DNA of 64,000 nucleotides from Octopus sinensis (GCF_006345805.1 NC_043011.1:4650001-4714000), one strand, 5' to 3'; shown: positions 39,949 through 54,522, counted from the first letter of the stretch. Program-made: numbers and translations. The notes: generated from the letters alone by a model not told the origin.

Positions 39949-40373
39949 TAAGAGTGTATAAACAGTTATACACGAAGAGCAGACCACCATGTGACTATTC
40001 TGACTCGTCAGGTTGCTTGAGGACATTCGATTTGAATTCTTGATATATAAAGATGGAACTAAATGCGTATCTGTTTACTTTGTGTTTTCGGTAATATATT
40101 AGAGTTTCATCATTATGCATTTTCCAGTGACTGTACTGAAGAAACACGGTTAATTAATCAATAGATTGACTTATTAATTGATTTATTTGATCATTAATGG
40201 TTGAACTCATGGGTAAATTGAGATTTTTATTCATTCAAGTGCCCTGCTCGCCTGCAAGCAATGTGCATTAATAAGAATGTTTTTTCATGGTTTGTGATTT
40301 GACTATCCTTTTTAGCATGTAAGAAATCCACATGGTTGTCTTCTCTCCGTGTATAAATTTTTATACACTCTTA
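39949..40373. mobile_element. Possible MITE with 13-bp TIRs
   Basis: taagagtgtataa (39949-39961) / ttatacactctta (40361-40373). Confidence 0.4.
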
Positions 40374-40463
40374 CGTTATAATAGTATTTCTATTACACCA
40401 CTGGTATAAATTAATATTTTAATAATTTTTTCCCTCGTATTTATATAGTTATATCTATATATA

Positions 40464-40868
40464 GGCGCAGGAGCGGCTGTGTGGTAAGTAGCTTGTTTAC
40501 CAACCACATGGTTCCGGGTTTAGTCCCACTGCGTGGCACCTTGGGCAAGTGTCTTCTACTATAGCCTCGGGCCGACCAAAGCCTTGTGAGTGGATTTGGT
40601 AGACGGAAACTGAAAGAAGCCCGTCGTATATATATACATATATATATGCGTGCGTGTGTTTGTGTGTCTGTGTTTGTCCCCCTAGCATTGCTTGACAACC
40701 GATGCTGGTGTGTTTATGTCCCCGTTACTTAGCGGTTCGACAAAAGAGACCGATAGAATAAGTACTGGGCTTACAAAAGAATAAGTCCCGGGGTCGATTT
40801 GCTCGATTAAAAGGCGGTGCTCCAGCATGGCCGCAGTCAAATGACTGAAACAAGTAAAAGAGTAAAAT
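40464..40868 (+). mobile_element. SINE family A, young full-length copy (tRNA head, CORE-like centre; possibly the octopus OR2 SINE)
   Basis: A-box-like cggctgtgtgg, B-box-like ggtttagtccc, ggcaccttgggcaagtgtctt, internal TA/TG tract, tail caagtaaaagagtaaaa. The family name is from memory and unverified. Confidence 0.9.
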
Positions 40869-40877
40869 AGTATATAT

Positions 40878-40916
<39 letters not shown>

Positions 40917-42319
40917 AAACGGGCTTTTTACAGTTTCCGTCTATCAAAACCACTCACAAGGCTTTGGTCGGCCCAAGGCTATAGTAGAAGACACTTGCCC
41001 AAGGTGCCATACAGAGGAACTGGACTCAGAGCTGCCACGCCTGCGCCTTTATAATCCTATTCAGGGTCCATCATGCATGAGAAAACGAAGGATCTTTTTG
41101 ATTGAGGCCGATTTGAGCGGGTTAAACAGCAGTACTTCTAGCTGAATAAAAGTCAGGATAGTCGTGGCTGGAATGTGTTTGATTATAGGTTTGTTTGCTC
41201 AATAAGATTTTAAAAAAGCTAAGCGTCATCATATCATCATCGTCAGCAGCAACAACAACGCCATTACTATGATCATCATCACCTCCATAACTACCACGAT
41301 CGTCATAATCCTCATCACCACCACTAATTCTGCCGCCACCAGCACTATCACAATCATCATCATCATCTTCTTTTTCTTTTTTCTTCCTCCTCCTCCTCCT
41401 CCTCCTCCTATCTTCTTTTTCTTCTTCTTTGTCTCTTCTATTTCTTCTTCTTCATCATCACCTTCATCTTCATCGTCATCACCACTATCCCCTACCATCC
41501 CCCTCCTCCTCCTCCTCCTCATCATCATCATCATCAGCAGCAGCAGCAGCAGCCCCAGCATCATCATAAGCACCATACGTCATCATGTTCCCCAATTGTT
41601 TAACATACCAGCAGCAGCGTTGTCACCATCACCGCCACCCTCACCATTACCCCCAACTATATCCGCTAATGTCACCAGCAGCATCGTCAGCACACAACAA
41701 TCACCAGCAGCATCAGTACCACCATTGCGGTGAACCTCATCCTCAACGTCATCTCTACTGTCATGGCTTTACTATCACCCCTGCCGACGTAACATCACCA
41801 TTGCTCATTCATTGTTTGGCCATTAAGAAACTACAACATTCCAGAACATGCTATCAGAATTGACCTCATCAGATAGAGAAGAGTGGCAGTGAGGAGTTGA
41901 TAGTGATCTTAAGTAATCCACTTCATTGCCAGGTCACGGAGGAGACTGAGCTGGCCCGAGGTCAAGTGGTCACTAACCACTGTGTCAAATACTGCAAACC
42001 ATTATGCTTAAGTAAGTATATTACACGCACGTACACTCTCACACATATATCTATAAATGTATGTATGTATATGTGTGTATATACACATACATGCATGCAT
42101 ACATAGATACGTACATATATACATACATATATGTGTTTATATTTGGCTGTGTGTGTCGGTATATGTGCATGTATTTGTTTATACACATTACACACGCAGA
42201 GGTTGCACCAGAGAATTGAAAACGAACAAAAGCACACCAAGCACGTAAACATCATACTCCTAGAAAAATAACATCCATCTTCGACAATATATATCCATTA
42301 ATAAAAGGACAGCAAGCAA

Positions 42320-42985
42320 AACGGCCCTCAAACCTACTGGCGGCTCCGATGCGACCAAGAAAGGCGTGCATGCCAAGATGAAATGGCCCATGTCATACAA
42401 CACGTCCGTGACGCTAGCATCCGACGTGTCCTTAGCACTATGGGGAAATCGGCCGGTCTCTCACGTCCGATGACTTACTCAGACGTAGCAGTCCAGGAGA
42501 ACAAACCCGAAGGCTACGTGTTTGTGATTACATAATAACGAAAATTATTGATCGTTCACTGCTGGGTTGCGAGTCCATGTGGAACTGAGCAGAGTGTTGT
42601 TGGAACATGCACGGTCGCTGCCGGGGCAAATACTTCAATCATTGGCGTGGCCATTATGTCTATCACTTCGATGCAGGCAATGGTATTCACTCTGAGGCCC
42701 TGCGAGAATAAGTGATGTAGCATAGCGTGACCCTCATTTTTTCATGACCCCAAGGCCCATCAGAAACAGTGAAAAATTGATGTATCTCACCGTAAGAATA
42801 TCTGTGGGGTTCCAGACACAGTCACTCGTTACTCCTCTTGTTTACCTTCTAGTTGTGGTCGAAGTTATTCTCATCAGAGAAGGAACAAAGCTCGACGGAT
42901 TTCTAGGAGGTCTGAGTTTGCTGACAAAGCGCTACGATCGATTTACATGGTTCTCCTGGATGGTGGCTGACACGAATTCCTCTTT
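42320..42985 (-). pseudogene. Decayed Tc1/mariner-superfamily transposase (maT-like)
   Basis: FSDENNF..KVNKR; GHAMLHHLFSQGLRVN; MFQQHSA (cf. FQQDSAP); LDCYV* (cf. LDYYVW); multiple stops and shifts. Confidence 0.7.
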
Positions 42986-43040
42986 CTTTCTCTCTCTCGC
43001 TCTCTCACACTGTTCGGGTATGCTGTATCCACATGAATAC

Positions 43041-43071
<31 letters not shown>

Positions 43072-45025
43072 CATACATACATACATACATACATACATAC
43101 ATACATGCATGCATGCATGCATGCATACATACATACATACATACATACAAAGAAAGAAACAAACTTGAATGCACTTACATAGTCTTTTATTTGTTTCAGT
43201 AATTAGACTGCGTCCACGCTGGAGCACTACATTGAAGGATTTAATCAAACCGATCTCTGAACATATTTTAAAGGAAGACATGCATACGCACTCACACATA
43301 TATGTATGTGCTTGTGTGTGTGCGCGTTTGTATTGGGTGGTTGGCTGCGTGTGCGTGTGTGTGTACGAAAGATTTCCAAACATTTTCCGTTTATCAAATC
43401 CACTTACAAGGCATTGAGCAGCCCGAATCTACAGTAGAAGACACTTTCCCAAGTTGAGGCACAGTGGGACTGAACCCGTATTCGATTGCTCATTCGCAAA
43501 ACTAAATTAATCGAGACAAAGAATATCTTAGGCCAACTAATCCGACCCCCCCCCCCCCAAAAAAAAAACCTACAATTGCTCTATACAGATGTACGAGCAA
43601 TTATTGGCACACTTGGTTAGATTGCTCAGTATTTAAGTAATAGTCTTTAACATTTGAGGTTTTCAGTCACCGAAAGTAGGCATCTCACACGTTTTCTGCA
43701 AATTCAATCTGTCAGCAGAACAGCGAAAGTATGCCATACCTTTCTAAAATTCAACATGTAACTCTTTACTGCTGATGATATCTAAATCCAATGACAGGGA
43801 TTTGTATCTTAGTTTGAAAGCAGCCCCACTTTTTTTTTTCATTTGCGGAAAGAATTTAAAGAATTAGAAAAGAAAACATTAACACATACATAAATATATA
43901 TGCCTATGCACACGCACTCACGTGTATGTATGTGTGTGTGTATGTATGTATGTATATATATATGTATATCTACATATATATACACCCACATGCATGCACA
44001 CATACATACATGCATATATTCTTACATACATACATACAACATACATACATACAACATACATACATACATACGCATATAATACATACATACGTACATACAT
44101 ACATAAAAACTTAGATGTATATTCAAACATACAAACATTCATATACTCGAACGTACATACATACGTACATACGTACACACATACATACATGCATGCATAC
44201 ATGTATACATACATGCATACATACAAATACACATGTGTATGTGTATGTGTGTATGTATGTATGTATATATATATATGCATAAAACATAAACATGCATGTA
44301 TATAGACAAGCATATATACATAAAATACCTGCCTATGTGCAGGCATAGAAATATACATACCTACACTCTGACATACATACATACATGCACACGCATATTC
44401 ATACCTACACATAGAGAAACACAGATATAGATAGATTCATAGATAGATATGTATGCATATATGTGTATATACATGTATCTATAGAAATCTGCAGGCATAC
44501 AATTCTACATACAGACACATTCTTACATGCATGTAGACATACCAACACCTGCGATATAATAGGAAAAAATGGAACCCCTACGAAGAAAAAATTGGAAGAG
44601 GAAACGGCGTTTATGACTTCATTATCCCCAAACACTGTGATGGGTGTATATACATCATCAGACGTACCTGCCAAGAAACAACCCTTCGCGCTCCTACAGA
44701 ATCCACCATGCCCACTTCTTCAGATATTCCTGAGTCAGAGCCTGTCACCATAGAGACAGTCATTGCTTGACCTGCCTTTGATCATAGGTTTCAACTGGAA
44801 CCAATGAATAATGGTAATAACAGCACGATGAAAATCAATAACAACCAATGGTAAGTTTGCAAACCCTGGGCAGTCATGGGTGTATGATTAAGAACCGCGC
44901 TTTGCATCCACGTGGTTTCGAGTTCAGCCCCTCTGGACAGCACCTTGTGTAACTCATTACTGCTGAGCCGACCAAGGTCTTCCGAGTGAATGAGTGAATT
45001 TGCTCGACGGAAACTGTGTCATATG

Positions 45026-45097
<72 letters not shown>

Positions 45098-45197
45098 CTT
45101 TATTTGTAGGTTAACAAGGCAACCAATGGTTCATGAGATAAGATATTTACAATTGTTCAAACATGTCACACGGAAATGTTGGTATTCATCTACATTA

Positions 45198-45279
<82 letters not shown>

Positions 45280-45285
45280 TTGTGT

Positions 45286-45319
<34 letters not shown>

Positions 45320-45749
45320 CTTTGGTATGTGTTTGTGCCTTCCCACCATCTCATGACAACCGGTGTTGGTTTGTTTACGATACCGGCGCTTCGGCAGAAG
45401 ATACCGACAGAATAAGTATCACGTGTAACAATAAGCACTGGGTTCGATTTGTTCAGCCTAAACCCTTGAAAGTGGTGCCCCGGCATCGTCGCAATCAAAG
45501 GGCTGAAACGAATAAAACATATAAAATATAACCTTTGGTTTACATGTGTACGCTTGGCTGGTCATCGGGATTATATAACAAAATGTCTAAAAAACAATTA
45601 TGAAAATTTGGCTTTCTTGAAAATGGTGACGTTATATCTCATAAGTTATTTTTATTTGTTAATCAAATTAATGAAATGCACAAAATGTTCAAAAAGTTAA
45701 ACCGCAATAACCACAATTACACACGCATTGTTACACACTTATATACATA

Positions 45750-45975
45750 TCATCGTCATCTGGTTGAATTTGCTCGGACTTTTTTTAACTTGCGTACACT
45801 ATCAACCTCGACCCTACATTACTTTAACGAGGTCTTCGGGGAGGTATGCAGTATTTCTAGTGAGTTGATCGACAGACGTTGTGTTTTGACGTCCTGCTCG
45901 AGTACAGCCATGCTTTGACGTCCATAGCAATAAATCAGTTGGATGGTTGTAGGGAACAGAATGCAAGACATACAA
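45750..45975 (-). pseudogene. RTE-type LINE ORF C-terminus / 3' end
   Basis: DLLLWTSKHGCTRAGRQNTTSVDQLTRNTAYLPEDL...VRANSTR* followed by a short tgacgatgat tail. Confidence 0.6.
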
Positions 45976-46155
45976 AAAATACTTTATATTTTGATCTCTT
46001 CTCACTTCGCAGAACAAATTATACTTTTGTGAAACTTAGTCTGGAAAACCAGCAAGTTTGACTGACACAGCAATCGTCTATAGGACATGCGACCAAAGAC
46101 GAAAAGTCGTTCCAAGGCTTGTATTACATACGTATATACATATTTAATACGTGTA

Positions 46156-46232
<77 letters not shown>

Positions 46233-46251
46233 CTCTCTCTCTCTCTCTCTC

Positions 46252-46317
<66 letters not shown>

Positions 46318-46465
46318 GAAAGAATGGAGTCGAACGAAGATGTTAACAAAATTCCTTTACTCTCGACACATGTTTCGCAGACAGCATATTTCGGTTAAAC
46401 GAATTTTCCATGTTGACGATAAACATAGGATAATTCATTCACCTACTTAAATATATATATATATA

Positions 46466-46680
46466 TTTCAAAATGTAACCACATGTGGATCGTTAGCGAT
46501 TTTCCCCCGTCTTCCTTTTCTCTTGGACTTTCCTCCGTCTCCTGTTTCTGACGAAGAGCTTTGCTCGAATGTAAAACCACCTTTCTTTCCTTCCCTAGGC
46601 GTCTGCTAATACTTTGCATGTACCACGTCCTCATGTTGTTTTTTTCTTGTGTCTTTTCTTCGTTTTGTGGGGGATTATAT
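46466..46680 (+). mobile_element. HHR-bearing mini-element in (TA)n; HHR 46544-46578 has a damaged GAAAC
   Basis: GUUU-CUGACGA-A-GAGC(UUU)GCUC-GAA-U-GUA|AAAC. Confidence 0.65.
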
Positions 46681-46683
46681 CTA

Positions 46684-46722
<39 letters not shown>

Positions 46723-46729
46723 GACATAA

Positions 46730-47113
46730 AATAGAGAAACGTTTTTGTTTCACTTTTAACACGTAATACTGAAATAGTGGAGAAGATATGATATTACTAT
46801 GGGCTCGCTCTAGGCAAGAAGTTGAACATTTTTTTGCCCATGAAACTACATGGACCCTAAGTAAGGCATGTGTAAAGTTTGAATGGAATTGGTTGTGTAG
46901 TTCTCAAGTTTTAAGGAATCGTAGTGGAGAAGATATGATATTGCTGTGGGCTCGCTCTAGGCAAAAAGTAAAAAAGTTTTTTTGCCGATGACACTTCCCG
47001 GACCCTAAGTAAGGCATGTATAAAATTTGAATGAAATTGGTTGTGTATTTCTCAAGTTTTAGGGAAACATACAGACAGACAGACACGCATTCTCAGTTTT
47101 ATATATATAAAGA
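46730..47113 (-). mobile_element. 5' part of a non-autonomous Helitron with an internal ~147-bp tandem duplication
   Basis: 5' TC(tttatatatataaaac) plus ctgtctgtctgt as in 32727-33120; repeat units start at 46775 and 46922. Confidence 0.65.
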
Positions 47114-47137
47114 TATATATATATATATACATACATA

Positions 47138-47174
<37 letters not shown>

Positions 47175-47344
47175 CTCCCTCCTCCTCCTCCACTCTCTCA
47201 CTCTCCCCCTCATCTCCCCTCTCTACACTACACCATACGACATTATACATCACATCATACATACATACACTCTCTCATACACACACGCACCCTTATGTTG
47301 GGGCGAAGTCATTTGACCCTGTTATCTCCCCTATTTTCGCTCTT

Positions 47345-47600
47345 GCGTCTCACGTTTGATCTCTGACTTCTGGCCAGAATCGCCATGTTGAATCGCTAGC
47401 TTCTGCACGCATTTTTTTTTCTCTCCTTGTTTCTCTCCGTGTTTCTTTTCTGTGTATCTTTCTGTTGAAGAGAGTGGGCTCGAAACGTAAAAGACTTGTT
47501 TTATTTCTATTCCTGAGCGCCATACTAATACAATTGTTTGTTTGTACTCCACCTACCTTCGTCTTTTGTTTATTTTCATAAAGCTTCCCGTTATATATGT
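47345..47600 (+). mobile_element. HHR-like mini-element (A6U core family); motif 47457-47494
   Basis: UCUUU-CUGUUGA-A-GAG(AGUGGG)CUC-GAAAC-GUA|AAAGA; 5-bp stem I; palindromic ACGU stem III. Confidence 0.7.
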
Positions 47601-47744
47601 ATGTATGTATGTGTGGAAAGTCGTACAGCTTTAAAATTTATGTAATAAAAGCATTTTCATCATATCGAGCAAGATGTGTGCACACACTGACTTGTTATAA
47701 AACCTGTATTTATTAAAATACATTTCATTTTATATACAAAAAAA

Positions 47745-48720
47745 TGATATTTTTAAGAACGCCTATTTTCAAATTTAAGGCCTTTCTGGTCCAAGCATTG
47801 CTGATAACGCGAAGCATTGGAATCGCATACATCAAAGAACGTTTTGTTCGATATTTGTGCGCATTCTTGTTCAATGGCTGCCCTCAAGTCAACGGCTGTC
47901 ACCTGTCTTGTACCGTAAACTTTATATCCATCAAAGAAAAGCAAGTGGAGTGAGATCCGGTGAATGCAGAGGGTGTTCTGGAGAACCTCTTCATCCAATC
48001 CATCTGTTTCGGCAAAATCTCATGAAAGTAGGCCCTAACTTTATAATGGTAGAATAAGAAAGCCCCATCATGCCGGAAATAAAACTCCACATCATCAAAG
48101 TCCTCTTGAATGCTTAAAACAATAATCCAGTTAATGCTTTTGAGAAAAGCTGCACCACACTATAACTCTTAATAAAATAACAAGAGTTTTTCCATGATAT
48201 GAAGATTCTTAGATCCTTATTAGGTGCAAATGCGGTGGTTAATTGAGGCATGTTCGTTAAACGTATCTCTATCTCTCCTAATAACCCTCGTTAGAAGTGT
48301 GCATCTTCCACATACCTTACCATTCGCAAAACCCCACTCTTCCGTCTGTATAATCTCCATTGAGATCATGGACTATTCTTGGAATATAACTCTTTCAATG
48401 ACTCCAGTTCAAAATACGGTGGCTTTTAAAATTCCCATCTTACAACTCGTTTGCTGCACAGTTTTCCTTGAACTCTGACAATACGTTTCTAGTACCGTTA
48501 CTTGATTTGTGGGGCTCGTCGATATCCGTGGCCTTGCGAAACATTTTTGTGGACTCTCTGAACAGTTCCATGTACTCAGCTCTAATTCGAGTCGTATTGA
48601 TGGATCTGTCAGAAACCCACTCCTAAACTTCCTTTGCACTTCGACTGCGTTTTTAAGCTGCCCGTAGCACTTTAGGGCATATTTCCTTTGTTCAAAGCTT
48701 AGTATGGTTCCTTTCCTTAT
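47745..48720 (-). pseudogene. Decayed Tc1/mariner transposase with DD41D (rosa/Visitor-like) spacing
   Basis: N-terminal LSFEQRKYALKCY..AVEVQRKF HTH; FRHDGA...RWIG*RG...HSPDLTPL(A). There are 41 residues between the second D and the third-D position after one +1 frameshift is corrected. Confidence 0.8.
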
Positions 48721-48837
48721 TTTTAATGGGTTAAAACTGAAAAAAAAAAAAATGAAAATTGAGTTATCAGCTGTTGAAACTGTGTATACATAATGTAAGT
48801 ATTTAAACATAAAATAAACTCATTATTATTACAATTA

Positions 48838-48917
<80 letters not shown>

Positions 48918-49115
48918 ATTATTATTATTATTATTATATTATTATTTTATTATATTATTATTATCATTATTATTATTATTACTATTATTAGTGTTGTAGT
49001 TGTAGTTGTTGTTATTGTTGTTAAGGCGGTGAGCTGTGTATACATAATGATATTATTATTATTATTATTATTATGATTATTATTATCATTATTATTATTA
49101 TTATGATTATTATTA

Positions 49116-49212
<97 letters not shown>

Positions 49213-49216
49213 TATT

Positions 49217-49430
49217 AAGGCGGCAAGCTGGCAGAGTCGTTAGCACACCAGGCAAAATGCTTAGTGGTATTTCGCCTGTCGCTATGTTCTGAGTTCAAAT
49301 TCCGCCGGGTTCGGCTTTGCGTTTCATCCTTTCGGGGTCGATAAATCAAGTACCAGTGAAACATTGGGGTCGATGTAATCGACAAGTCCCCTCCTCCAAA
49401 ATTCCAGGCTTTTTGTCTATAGTAGAAATT
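49217..49430 (+). mobile_element. SINE family B, full length, (TTA)n tail
   Basis: aaggcggcaagctggcagagtcgttag head, gagttcaaattcc B box, tttcatcctttcggggtcgataaa central domain. Confidence 0.85.
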
Positions 49431-49453
49431 TATTATTATTATTATTATTATTA

Positions 49454-49496
<43 letters not shown>

Positions 49497-49499
<3 letters not shown>

Positions 49500-50192
49500 T
49501 AGTTTTATTTTTATAGCGTGCTTTCACTTCACTACCGAGCACAGCTCTGTGTGCCTTGGGTATGTGCTGTGATTTGTTGTGATGCTCTGATGGTTATTGT
49601 ATGGAAAGTGTTCTGCGTAGGATGTGTGCAGTGCCTAGTAGTGCAATTTTCTGTATGTTATATGTGTTTGTAAGTCCTGGTGTTTTTGTTATGTATTTGT
49701 CTGAATATTTTTTTATCATGCCTAATGCACCTACTATGATAGGAATTGTTTCTGTTTTCAGATTCCACATTCTAGTTACCTCTATTTCCAGGTCTTTGTA
49801 TTTTGAGAGTTCTCCACTTCTTTTAGAGACACGTTGTCATCAGCCGGTATTGATACATCAATTAGAAAGCATTTTTTTTCTTCATGATCTCTGACAACTA
49901 TATCTGGTCTGTTGGCCTTAATTTCTCTATCTGTGTGTATCGGCATATCCCAGAGTATGGTTGCTTTCTCGTTTTCTGTGACCTTTTCTGGTGTGTGCCT
50001 ATACCATCTTTTTTCTGTTGTTATTCCATAATGTTGGCATAGCTTCCAATGTATGTAGGTTCCAACTCTGTCATGTCTGTGAATATATTCCTTCTTAGCC
50101 AGGACTGGGCAGCCAGAGATAATATGATTTATTGTTTCTTGTCCATCTCCACATATTCTGCAGTTACTTGTAATATTTCTTTTCATTACATG

Positions 50193-50195
<3 letters not shown>
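49497..50195 (-). mobile_element. Second 5'-truncated copy of the R4/Dong-like LINE in (TAA)n; one frameshift
   Basis: Near-identical to 27391-28090, with a different 5' truncation point. Confidence 0.92.
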
Positions 50196-50271
<76 letters not shown>

Positions 50272-50282
50272 TATCATCATTA

Positions 50283-50335
<53 letters not shown>

Positions 50336-51116
50336 CCAATTATACACACATACACACATATAGGGAACGGCAAGCAAGTAAAAAAACGAATGACTTATAT
50401 AAGGACCATATGCACCTAACTAATTGTTGCTGTTGTTTTTGCCTAATGAGGGAACCTTGTTTCGTGGTTGGAGACCGGCTCCTTAACTGAAGAAAATGAA
50501 AAGAGTTAAAACAGAAGGGCACACATACAACTCATATACACTCACACACGCATATTTGTTTACACACGTGCGCACACATACACACACACACATATTCATA
50601 TGTACACATATATGCAGCTTATATACATCTGTGTGTGTGTGTGTGCATATATAGACAATCGTACACAATATATGCATATTTATACATACATATGTACAAC
50701 CGTATATGTATGCACAGACACACACAGACACACACACAGACACACACACAGACACACAGACACACACAAACACATACATACGTACGTACATACGTACATG
50801 CATACATTGTTTATATATGTTATAAATAACACACACATACGTGTATTTCCGCCCTGTAACAACGCTGTATGTAGATCGTCGTAAACGAAATGTAAGCAAG
50901 GCAGACACACAAATGTATACATATTAGCATATATATATATATATCCACGTCTAAATAAATATATACACATGTGCATAGAAAGTGAAGGTCCGTGAGAGAG
51001 GGGGGAGAGAGGGTGGGGGAGTGAGAGAGAGAGGGAACCAAAAACAATCACACCCACATATGTAGGTATGTATGTATGTACTGTGAAGATATGAAAAGAG
51101 AAAGCCCTCATGTATG

Positions 51117-51150
<34 letters not shown>

Positions 51151-51366
51151 GGTAGTGGGATTAATTGACAAAGATGGAGAGACAAGCAGACAGACATAGG
51201 AGGGAGAGAAAAAGAGGGGCAGTGATAGACACATGGTGTCGGGGAGGGGGGGTCGAGAAAAAAGAAAAAGAGGGAGAAGTAAGAACCAAAATTATAATAA
51301 GAGGGTCAAAGTAGTGGCGGGGACACACACACAAACAGAAATAAGGATAGATAGAGAGATAGAGTT

Positions 51367-51404
<38 letters not shown>

Positions 51405-51410
51405 CTAGAG

Positions 51411-51620
51411 AAGGGACATGTAGAGAGAATGGGAAAAAGAGAAGAGAGGGGGGACAGGGTGGGGGGCATGTAGAGAGAATGGGAAAGAGAGAGAGAGAGA
51501 GAGGAGGGACATGTAGAGAGAATGGGAAAGAGAGAGAGAGGGGGGACATGTAGAGAGAATGGGAGAGAGAGAGAGAGAGAGAGAGGGGGACATGTAGAGA
51601 GAATGGTAGAGAGAGAGAGA
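51411..51620. repeat. Minisatellite: five catgtagagagaatgg units with variable (GA)n spacers
   Basis: Units near 51417, 51467, 51510, 51547 and 51591. Confidence 0.9.
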
Positions 51621-51979
51621 GGGGAGGGAGAGATTAACTGAGGGTCCGTATGTATGTGTCTATGTGAGTGAAGCAGGGAAGAGTAGAATTGGCAGCTAGC
51701 CAAGCATTACAAGAGCCTAACAATATGTAGATACAGTCTCCAGTGCCCTACTTCTGCAGATTTGCCCCTCTCTGACAATGCTGTTTAATGGTTTGCCTTT
51801 CTCATATCTACCTCTGTCTACCCAGATTCTGTGTTATTGCATGCAGCATTTACTCCGCTACCTTGCTAATGTCTGCTACAGATGCCACACATTGCTACTA
51901 CGTGCATTAAGAAGTATACTACCACTTCCCTACACATACATTATGTACGGATGTATATATGTGTTATATATGTGTGTAT

Positions 51980-52010
<31 letters not shown>

Positions 52011-52059
52011 CGATCGCACCACCCAGCAATTTCATTATTGTAAATGTGACTGTGAATAT

Positions 52060-52099
<40 letters not shown>

Positions 52100-52197
52100 T
52101 AAATGCTAGACACACATATATTATGCGTATATATACTTAACATATGTATATTTGTGTGTGTGTGTGTGTGTGTATGTAAATATACTCGACATATTTA

Positions 52198-52249
<52 letters not shown>

Positions 52250-52366
52250 GTATAAAAAATATATATAAAAATGGGACAAGAACGCAAAACATTCAAATAG
52301 ACGACACAAGAAACGGACGGGTCATTTGAAGCCTCTAATCTTCAGTCAAGAACCGGATCATACTCG

Positions 52367-52429
<63 letters not shown>

Positions 52430-52748
52430 ATATATCCAAAGATGAATACATAGTCTCACCACTCACCAACTTCATTAATGTGTATATGCGAGTGTATACA
52501 TGTAGGAATGTCTGTATGTCTGTACATTCATGTATGCTTATATACGTGTTTGTGTACACACACACACATACACACACACACACATGCTATATGTAGATAG
52601 ACAAACATCAATGTAGATCCCGGAGTAAGACAGAGCCTTAAGCATTTGTCTTGAAGAATTACAATGCGACATCACAAGCAAAAGTAAGCAAAGCATCAAA
52701 AGACATACATACCATAACCCATTCTACGCACTATATATATACACATAT

Positions 52749-52780
<32 letters not shown>

Positions 52781-53439
52781 CAGATACACTATACGCACTC
52801 TTCACATTATACACAAGCAGCATTATATACGCTGTACACTACTTTAGAATCAACCCAGCAAACACGTGAAAATCCCAACGTTTGCCATGAAGAAATTTCA
52901 GAATTGTGTCGAGACATCTTAAAGCCTGATGCTTCTTTATTTTCACTTCGAGTTCCATTGACGCAAACATTATTATTATTTCTTTGTCCAGACGTGAGGA
53001 CGCCATTTTCATTACCATCAAAATTCTTTCTGTCTCAGTGAAATGCTACGCAAATTGATAATATCAACATTGACTCTAAGACTAGCTATTATTTCACATA
53101 ACATACTTCTGAAAGTTTGGATGAAATGATTTTTTTTGTTGTATTTATTTATATTCTTTCTTCAAACCATCCGAGCTAAATCATTTCCTTTTAATTACTT
53201 CAGTCTGACATTATTTTTAAAACAGAAAATCGTTCAAGTTCACTGAAGATGCTTGAATGTTTTTTGTTTCGTTTATTTTTTGGTTTTATTATTATTATTT
53301 TTCGTTTTTTTTTTAGATTTCTTATTTTCTGTCAAATATTTAGTTTTGTCCAGTAGTTTCAAAATAACTAATTTATTTGTTTTGTTTTATTTTTCTTGAG
53401 CCCAAGGACTCATAATACCGCTTACCCGGTTTCCATGGC

Positions 53440-54075
53440 GAACAAATTAGCAAGGAACGTTGGTCTGTTACAGAGTTCAGGGCCAGCGATTTTGAGGGAA
53501 GGGGTGTGGACAAGTCGATTACATCGACTCCACTACCTGACCAGTACACTATTTTATCGACCCCCAAAGGAATGCAAAGGAAAAGTGGCTGTAGCCAGGT
53601 TTGAACGTAAGAACGTAAAAAACAGAAGAAATACCTATTTCTTTACTACCCAGAAGGGGCTAAACACAGAAGGGACAAACAAGGACAGACAAACGGATTA
53701 AGTCGATTATATCGACCCCAGTGCATAACTGGTACTTATTTAATCGACCCCGAAAGGATGAAAGGCAAAGTCGACCTCAGCGGCATTTGAACTCTGAACG
53801 TAGCGGCAGACGAAATACCGCTTAGCATTTACCCAGCGTGCTATCGATTCCACCAGATCGGTGCCTTAATAATATTTTCTGTTATAGGAACAATGCCTGA
53901 AACTTCACGAGAGGGCGTTAGTTTATTACTTCTGTGCTTAACTGGTACTTATCAACCCCGAATTGATAAAAAAAACAGATGACCTCGACAGTATTTGAAC
54001 TCAGAACGTAACGAGCCGGATGAAATGCAACAAAGTATTTTGGTTGGTGCTCTAATGATTCTACCAGGTCATTGC
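53440..54075 (-). mobile_element. Three adjacent same-orientation SINE family B copies; the middle one has a different 3' tail
   Basis: atcgacccc..aaagga.tg motifs near 53560, 53745 and 53950. Confidence 0.75.
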
Positions 54076-54485
54076 TTTTAATAATAAAATAGCAGAATTC
54101 AATTAATAGTGAATGTGAGGCTGTGAAGAGAAATTATTCTGCATGATATGAAAAATGTGAAAGAGAGCGAAGAATATTAATAAATAAATGTAGTTTTATG
54201 GCTCGCTTGTTCTATCGGATTACTTCCAAATTTTTTCTTGAAACAGTGATATTTTGGTGAAACTATTTCGTCGAGACTAATCACTGTGCAAGGAACCTTT
54301 TGATGCAAATCAATGTGAAAATCTATGTTTTAAGTATGGTTCCAAAGAAACGAGTTTGCAATATAGCCAAACATTGATACATGAAATGTCCTACGCATCT
54401 CATGTATGAATGTTTCATATACTGTTGCATGATAATATATGCACATGAAAGAGATTTTCAAGAAAACAACGGTAAATATATATAC

Positions 54486-54522
<37 letters not shown>

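Noticed and set aside
41229-41863. Long S/P/H-rich ORFs on both strands (also 37639-37950 and 61014-61744)
   Set aside because: Mixed trinucleotide low-complexity tracts with no splice or domain support.
42744-43202. 152-aa plus-strand ORF
   Set aside because: It is the antisense of the decayed transposase plus a (TACA)n tract.
51411-51620. Repeat-spacer array with a CRISPR-like look
   Set aside because: The spacers are just variable (GA)n runs, there are no cas genes, and the context is eukaryotic; it is a minisatellite.
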